A stretch of 32,220 bases of DNA, from positions 1 to 32,220 of IMG/VR virus record IMGVR_UViG_3300048582_000044. The stretch is one strand, 5' to 3'. Origin of the DNA: a virus. Lineage: Duplodnaviria; Caudoviricetes. Below are positions 27,528 through 32,220 of the stretch, one piece after another. The translations under genes were made by a program, and so were the position numbers. Every line of letters begins with the position of its first letter. Position 1 is the first letter of the stretch. Under the pieces are notes generated by a model. The model saw only the letters and a program-made list of their open reading frames with translations. It made no database searches and had not been told where the DNA came from.

Positions 27528-27555
27528 GCCAGTCTCCTGTGGTTGTGCGCGCACC

Positions 27556-27584
27556 TTAGTACCACGTGCGAGGGTGGGGGTCAA
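27556..27584 (-). promoter_or_regulatory. Second copy of the sigma70-like promoter, now facing cassette 2
   Basis: TTGACC, 17 bp, TACTAA. Confidence 0.65.
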
Positions 27585-27802
27585 TGCCCCCACAGCCAGT
27601 CGTTCAAGCGAGCCAGCCTGCCCTTAGGCTCCGGTTCGAGTTCCGGTTCTGGTTCCGGTTCGCGCGGCATCCAGACGCCGTCGATGCGTTGGCAAGTCGC
27701 GAGCGTGTCCATGCTCTCCTCGACCCACTCGCTGTCTGGCATGCGTGAGCTGCTCGCCGCGATTGGTGTGCCGTCCTCTCTGAAGCGTACCCAGTATCCC
27801 AT
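27581..27802 (-). CDS. Small hypothetical protein, possible fibre chaperone, about 73 aa
   Basis: MGYWVRFREDG...DGVWMPREPEPEPELEPEP, directly after the fibre gene. Start could be GTG 27808. Confidence 0.55.
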   Translation of the reverse strand: MGYWVRFREDGTPIAASSSRMPDSEWVEESMDTLATCQRIDGVWMPREPEPEPELEPEPKGRLARLNDWLWGH

Positions 27803-27804
27803 GA

Positions 27805-29133
27805 TCACAACCCCACAGTCAGAAGTCTGGCGCATTGCCAAGTGTTTGCCACAGCCGTAGCGCCGACCATCGCCTCCACGCGCGCGGCGAGTGCGGTGGT
27901 GTTGACTGGCAGATCGGCCAGAAGAGAGCCCTCGGCCACGAACCGGGTGTCCAGCCGCCGCACCATGTACCGGACGTAGGTTTGGCCAGCTGGCGCGTAG
28001 AAGGCATACTCGTACGCCGCCGTGGCGCCGGGCGTCGGGAAGTTGGCCCCGAGATCGACGGCGGCGGCGGCTCCTGAGGCGTCGTTGTAGAAGATGCGCA
28101 GATTGGTCATCCCCGCGTCCGCACCCAGCAGCAGGCAGTTGGTGAGTGATGCGTTCAGCGTAGTCGACACGGCGGTGCTGCCCAGCATGCCTGCGCGCAC
28201 CGCGCCGGTCGCGCCCAGCGCAGTGAAGCGAACCATGCCGACGTGCAGGAAGCCCCGGCGGTCGGCGTTGTTGCCTCTCAGGTAGTATGCCGCGCCGGAT
28301 CGAACGCTCGACGTGCCGCTGGCCGTGCTGTTCGTTCCGTTGAAGTGGCCATACTCATCGAACTCTGAAGCGGTGCCCGGAGGCCCGGTGTTCGAGATGG
28401 TGGCCGTGACCGTGGCCAGTGCCTGCCCCACGGTCTGGACGCTCGTGGTCGTGTTCGGTTGAAACAATTGCGAAGCTGCGGCGGGTGCGTATACGTCCTT
28501 CGACTGCGCGACCACGAGCCAGCGTGCCAGCGTCGCGCTGTAACGCAGGGTGATGGTCTCGTTCGGCAACAGCCATATCGAGGTGAGCCCGTTCGATCTG
28601 ATCCGGTTCGCGGCGGTGCTGGTCGCGCTCTCGCGCTCGATGCAGATCAGGAAGGCGCTGTCGTTCTGCAGCTCGATCTCTTGATCCGCCGCCCCGGCGA
28701 CGATGCCAGTGATGAAGCTGTTCGTGGTGGGCTGGGCCTTGATGAGGCCGGTGTGTGCATCGAAGCCCGCAGGGTTCCAGTTGAACTGGTCCGTGGCCGG
28801 GGCCGCCGCGATGACCCCCTCGCGCGGAGCCCACGTGCCGTCGGCTCGCAGGAAGTTGACCACCCCACCCGCCGACGCCGGGACGAGCCCTTTCAACAGG
28901 CTGGTGAATACATCCAGCAAGGCAGTGACTTGAGTGGGCGTAAGGTCTTCAGCCACGCCGGAGCCTGCCGTGGTCCGACCCTTGATCCGGTTGGTGGCCA
29001 TGCTGACCAGCGACGGGCTCTCAGGCATGGCGTCCAAAAGCTCGAGCGTGTGCGGGGGTGCCGCACCGCGACGCACGAGCAGGCGATCACTCGCCTGCTG
29101 CGCACTCGGGGTGATGTCGCTGATCTCTGGCAC
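27805..29133 (-). CDS. Fibre protein (head- or tail-fibre-like), 442 aa
   Basis: MPEISDI N-terminus, fibre motifs IKGRTTAGSGVAEDLTPTQV and KGLVPA...FLRADGTWAP, and a beta-rich C-terminal head. Confidence 0.7.
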   Translation of the reverse strand: MPEISDITPSAQQASDRLLVRRGAAPPHTLELLDAMPESPSLVSMATNRIKGRTTAGSGVAEDLTPTQVTALLDVFTSLLKGLVPASAGGVVNFLRADGTWAPREGVIAAAPATDQFNWNPAGFDAHTGLIKAQPTTNSFITGIVAGAADQEIELQNDSAFLICIERESATSTAANRIRSNGLTSIWLLPNETITLRYSATLARWLVVAQSKDVYAPAAASQLFQPNTTTSVQTVGQALATVTATISNTGPPGTASEFDEYGHFNGTNSTASGTSSVRSGAAYYLRGNNADRRGFLHVGMVRFTALGATGAVRAGMLGSTAVSTTLNASLTNCLLLGADAGMTNLRIFYNDASGAAAAVDLGANFPTPGATAAYEYAFYAPAGQTYVRYMVRRLDTRFVAEGSLLADLPVNTTALAARVEAMVGATAVANTWQCARLLTVGL

Positions 29134-29134
29134 G

Positions 29135-29296
29135 TCAGGCCTCCGACAGGGTCAGGTTCGATCCATCCATGGTGACCGGATCGCCCTCAATGGTTACGAC
29201 GTAGGCGGGCACCTCGTCTTCTTCACTGCCGGGCATCCGCCTGCGCCCTACGACGCGAACGACAACGGCCACGACAGCTTTTCCCCGCCGCTTCAC
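29135..29296 (-). CDS. Small basic-arm/adaptor peptide, 53 aa
   Basis: GTG start with GTGA overlap, filling the gap between neighbours: MKRRGKAVVAVVVRVVGRRRMPG...VVTIEGDPVTMDGSNLTLSEA. Confidence 0.6.
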   Translation of the reverse strand: MKRRGKAVVAVVVRVVGRRRMPGSEEDEVPAYVVTIEGDPVTMDGSNLTLSEA

Positions 29297-29631
29297 GGGC
29301 CACCCATCGCGATGCGAACGGTCACGCCGCTGACCCCGAAGGCGGCCTTGGGCCGCACGAAGGTCACCGCTGAGGACAGCTCGACGAGGCCGGGTGAAGT
29401 CCACTCGCACGGCAGCCCGCGAGTGTCCCGCAGCGTGACCCAGTTTTCGCCGTCAAGCGATCCCTCGAGCGTCACGGTACCGCCGAACACGCCGGGGCCT
29501 GCCACCTGAACGGCGGACAAGACCAGAGCTCGCCGGTTGACCTTGAGGGGTACGCCGTTCTCTGCAGAGCCCATGGAGGACCACACTACAGCGCCGCCAC
29601 CCGAGCTGGTTTGGAAAGGTACATCAGCCAT
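29293..29631 (-). CDS. Small beta-sandwich virion protein (spike-base-like), 112 aa
   Basis: GVFGGTVTLEGSLDGENWVTLRD motif; GAGG RBS within the portal end. Confidence 0.75.
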   Translation of the reverse strand: MADVPFQTSSGGGAVVWSSMGSAENGVPLKVNRRALVLSAVQVAGPGVFGGTVTLEGSLDGENWVTLRDTRGLPCEWTSPGLVELSSAVTFVRPKAAFGVSGVTVRIAMGGP

Positions 29632-29635
29632 CTTG

Positions 29636-29793
29636 TCACCTCAGTCCAAGGTTGCGCAGGATGTCGACGGGACGGCTGGTCGCGTCAGTCTCTGCCATCA
29701 CTTTCGCCGCCTCTGCACCCTGCTTCACAGCGGGGGCCATCATGGCGGCGTTCTGCACTGCGGCGTCCTGTTCGACGGCGGCGCGGCGGTTGC
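29636..29793. repeat. Portal 3' end, partner of repeat 27286-27444
   Basis: Direct nucleotide alignment by eye. Confidence 0.97.
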
Positions 29794-31345
29794 CTCGGCG
29801 CTCCTCCACCTCATCCTCAGGACGCAGCAGGTTGCCGGGCACGCCCAGCATCTCGGCGTACTCGCGCACGGCCTCGTCGTTGTCGGTCAGGTCCAGCACC
29901 TCTTGGTCGCCAGCGGACACGTTGCCGAGGAAGCCGTACAGGCGTTCGATCCCGCCGGTGGCCACGGCCTTCTGCGCCTGCGCCAGCATCGAGATGTAGT
30001 CGATCTGGGTCGGCGTGTTGGCGTAGTCCGCAGGCAGCGGCTCGATCCGCCCGGCCTTGATCCCGGCCTCATAATACCGCTTTATGATCGGGGCCAGCTT
30101 CTCGCGGTGTTGGCGCTCGAGAACGGGACCAAGGCTGATCAGCTTTTCCTCATGCCGCTCGTCGATCTCGCGTGCGGTGATCTCGCTGCGCTGCAGGCGG
30201 CTGATCATCAAGAACAGGTTGGCGTACATGCCCTCGTCGATCCGGTCCTCGGTATCTCTGATCATCTCGCGGAGGTGTTGGATCGGAGGGTTGATCTGGT
30301 AGGCTGGCACCATGCCCTTCGACGGGTCAGCCATGAAGTTGACGCTCTCCGGGTTCAGGCTGTAGCCCGAGTTGCGAAGCTCAGTCGGCGCGTTCATCGG
30401 CGGGCGGTTCATGCGGCGCACAGCCTCGCGGATGTCGCGCTCCTGCACTTGCAGGCTCTTGGCATCCGACAGGGTGTCCATGGCGGGGCTCGACCCGTAG
30501 ACGTTCGTGCCCTCGACGTCCCAGCGCGATGCCACGATGGGGTTGTCATCGTAGCCGAAGTCGCCCAGAAGTACGTCAGCCCTGCTGTCGTTCTTTCCGT
30601 GCAGCCAGTAGGTCGAGGCGACCGGCTTGTTCGGGCCGTTGCTCAGGCGCTCATCCCGCTCCTTGCGCGGGCAGATCACATGGCAGATGTCCTTCAGCGC
30701 GCCGTAGTTGCCGTCGTCCCACGCCTTCTTGATGTCGTTGGTCACGACGCCCCAGTCGGGGTTGCCGTACCGCTCGCCCTTGTAGACGAACTTGCCGACG
30801 ATGCTCTGGATCGTGGCCTGATACTCGCGGTACAGGGTGTCGACCAGACCTCGGCTGTTCGCGCCGATCCAGTACTCGCCCGGCACCAGTGCGATGGGGT
30901 TGATGATGCTCTGGTCATCGTCTTCGAGGATGATGCAGTCCGTGCCTGACCATCCAAGATCGGACCACGTGGTGTGCAATGCGTTGTACAGGCCGGAGCT
31001 CTGCATCATGATCCGCATCTCGTTCTGCGCCTGCGTCAGGTGCGCCTTCATCGTGGCGTCCTTGCGCAGGCCGAGGTCCGAGGTGATCAGCCGAAACCAC
31101 GGACGTGCCGGGCTGGTCATGCCGCCCTGCATCCCGCTTTGCAGCGTACGCAGCGCAAGCCGTGGCCGGGCGTTGACGATCTCGCGGTTGATGTAGCTCT
31201 CGCTCTTGTGCGCCTGCCCCCGGGAGAAGCGGGTGCGACGCGGCATGAAGTGATCGCCGATCTCGCGCAGGTGTGCCTCGTACGGGGTGCGAAGAGCCTT
31301 CAGGCTCACCCCCATCTGCATCAGCTGTTCCTTGCGGGATTTCAT
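29636..31345 (-). CDS. Portal protein (head-tail connector, Bbp21-like), 569 aa
   Basis: GMTSPARPWFRL, GLVDTLYRE, RWDV..VYGSSPAM, TAREIDERHEEKL..LGPVLER and YISMLAQAQK motifs. Confidence 0.96.
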   Translation of the reverse strand: MKSRKEQLMQMGVSLKALRTPYEAHLREIGDHFMPRRTRFSRGQAHKSESYINREIVNARPRLALRTLQSGMQGGMTSPARPWFRLITSDLGLRKDATMKAHLTQAQNEMRIMMQSSGLYNALHTTWSDLGWSGTDCIILEDDDQSIINPIALVPGEYWIGANSRGLVDTLYREYQATIQSIVGKFVYKGERYGNPDWGVVTNDIKKAWDDGNYGALKDICHVICPRKERDERLSNGPNKPVASTYWLHGKNDSRADVLLGDFGYDDNPIVASRWDVEGTNVYGSSPAMDTLSDAKSLQVQERDIREAVRRMNRPPMNAPTELRNSGYSLNPESVNFMADPSKGMVPAYQINPPIQHLREMIRDTEDRIDEGMYANLFLMISRLQRSEITAREIDERHEEKLISLGPVLERQHREKLAPIIKRYYEAGIKAGRIEPLPADYANTPTQIDYISMLAQAQKAVATGGIERLYGFLGNVSAGDQEVLDLTDNDEAVREYAEMLGVPGNLLRPEDEVEERRGNRRAAVEQDAAVQNAAMMAPAVKQGAEAAKVMAETDATSRPVDILRNLGLR

Positions 31346-31566
31346 CCGGTCTCTCCAGTGGGGGGCACGACGCGCAGCATCGTGAGCTCTTCAAGGTCTG
31401 CGGCAATCAGCCTAGCGACAGGGGCGTCCATCTGCAGCGTCACGACGGGGTAGCTTTCAGCAGTTTGGCGCAGTCGCCTCACGAGGGTGAGACGATGGGC
31501 GTCGATGTCCTCGACCTCCGTCGTGTCAACGTGCCACTTCAGCTCCGCGACCACATCTGCCATCAC
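31342..31566 (-). CDS. Hypothetical protein, 74 aa
   Basis: 4-bp overlaps with both neighbours and provides the GGAGA RBS for the portal. Confidence 0.65.
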   Translation of the reverse strand: MMADVVAELKWHVDTTEVEDIDAHRLTLVRRLRQTAESYPVVTLQMDAPVARLIAADLEELTMLRVVPPTGETG

Positions 31567-32120
31567 GCCCCCAAGGTCATCCGCTGGCCACGCGGGCCGT
31601 TGAACTGCTGCAGGGTCTTGGCTGACTTCGACGGATCGGCAGGCAGCTTGTAGACCGAGGACAGCACGGTGCCGCGATACTTCTGGGCCGAGCGGCTCGC
31701 GCCCGGCTGTTGCAGCGCGTCGATCAGGGTGCGGTCTGCGCGGCGGTCGCCACGCGAGGCTTGCACGCTGTCAGCAGGTAGGTTCGGGTTGGAGCCCGGT
31801 GCCGGGCTCGGCGTGTCGCCACGGTTCGGCGGGATCGGGGTGCCGGGTCCGACCTGCTGCGGCGGCGGTGCGCCGGGGCTGCCCGACGTCGGGCGCTTCG
31901 GTGCGGTCTTGGCACCCTGCCCTTGGTTGTCTTGGTTGCTGCCAGCAGCTCGCGAGCTGGTGAAGCTCTGCGACTTGGCCGGTGCGGCCGGGGCCGAGGT
32001 GCGCGATTGCGGGCGCGGGCTCGAGGTCACGCCCGAGCTCTTCTTGGTCGAGCTGTTGCTGGTCCGCGATTGCGGGCGTGGGCTCGAGTTCATGGTTGCG
32101 GACGAACGGGCTGCGGGCAT
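31563..32120 (-). CDS. Low-complexity Ser/Pro-rich pre-portal protein, 185 aa
   Basis: AGGAGG RBS and disordered composition. C-terminal RGTVLS...TLG resembles small pre-portal virion proteins. Confidence 0.65.
   Translation of the reverse strand: MPAARSSATMNSSPRPQSRTSNSSTKKSSGVTSSPRPQSRTSAPAAPAKSQSFTSSRAAGSNQDNQGQGAKTAPKRPTSGSPGAPPPQQVGPGTPIPPNRGDTPSPAPGSNPNLPADSVQASRGDRRADRTLIDALQQPGASRSAQKYRGTVLSSVYKLPADPSKSAKTLQQFNGPRGQRMTLGA
31998..32088. repeat. 28-bp direct repeat encoding SSPRPQSRT twice
   Basis: 31998-32025 versus 32061-32088, two mismatches. Confidence 0.85.
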
Positions 32121-32131
32121 GGGTCTGCCTC

Positions 32132-32220
32132 CTACTTCTTGGCCGGGCGCTTCTTCGGGCGCGGGCTGGTTGCCATCTTCGACCCGTTGGTGAACGGGTT
32201 CTTCTTCGGCTTCTTGCTGG
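32132..32220 (-). CDS. 3' end of an upstream basic protein (partial)
   Basis: Frame ...SKKPKKNPFTNGSKMATSPRPKKRPAKK, with a TAG that overlaps the next RBS. Confidence 0.6.
   Translation of the reverse strand, partial: SKKPKKNPFTNGSKMATSPRPKKRPAKK

Larger units (their letters stand above)
1..32220 (-). mobile_element. Podovirus-like phage/prophage structural and lysis region (BPP-1/epsilon15-like gene order)
   Basis: Co-oriented, tightly packed minus-strand genes for portal, capsid, tail tubular A/B, ejection proteins, tail fibre and endolysin. No host housekeeping genes, integrase or att site are visible, so free phage and prophage cannot be told apart. Confidence 0.95.

Noticed and set aside
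27627-27662. Short tandem repeats encoding PEPEPELEPEP
   Set aside because: Ordinary low-complexity coding linker; not a CRISPR or regulatory array.
27286-29793. Repeat pair as a diversity-generating retroelement TR/VR, given the BPP-1-like architecture
   Set aside because: Mismatches are synonymous third-position changes of all base types rather than adenine-specific, the target is the portal, and no reverse transcriptase is present in the window.
1-32220. tRNA, rRNA, CRISPR array, integrase/att site, terminase
   Set aside because: None recognisable by eye; the terminase probably lies beyond the right edge.

Overview
The whole window is the virion-morphogenesis and lysis arm of a high-GC short-tailed dsDNA phage or prophage with BPP-1/epsilon15-like gene order. 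The host is probably alphaproteobacterial (Rhodobacterales-like). All credible genes are on the minus strand, in the order portal, accessory block, Bbp19-like protein, scaffold, major capsid, capsid cement protein, adaptor, nozzle, three ejection proteins, tail fibre, holin-like protein and M15 endolysin. Three things stand out. (1) A 3232-aa ejected polyvalent protein carries a central array of enzyme-like cargo domains: HhH-glycosylase-like, T3-type SAM lyase-like, two ADP-ribosyltransferase-like, and an HDxxGH domain. Short L-x-Q motifs bracket the array, which is followed by an HExxH zincin. (2) Two alternative fibre/spike cassettes sit in tandem downstream of the portal. They are joined by a chimeric junction made of a synonymously diverged copy of the portal 3' end and a copy of the promoter and 5' end of the downstream nucleotide-hydrolase gene, so either cassette could be looped out. 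(3) A promoter-bearing three-gene nucleotide phosphohydrolase operon (DUF5664-like, HD, calcineurin-like) is inserted in the head module. The small ejection-protein gene appears to start at ATC. All family assignments come from motif recognition by eye; no database search was run.
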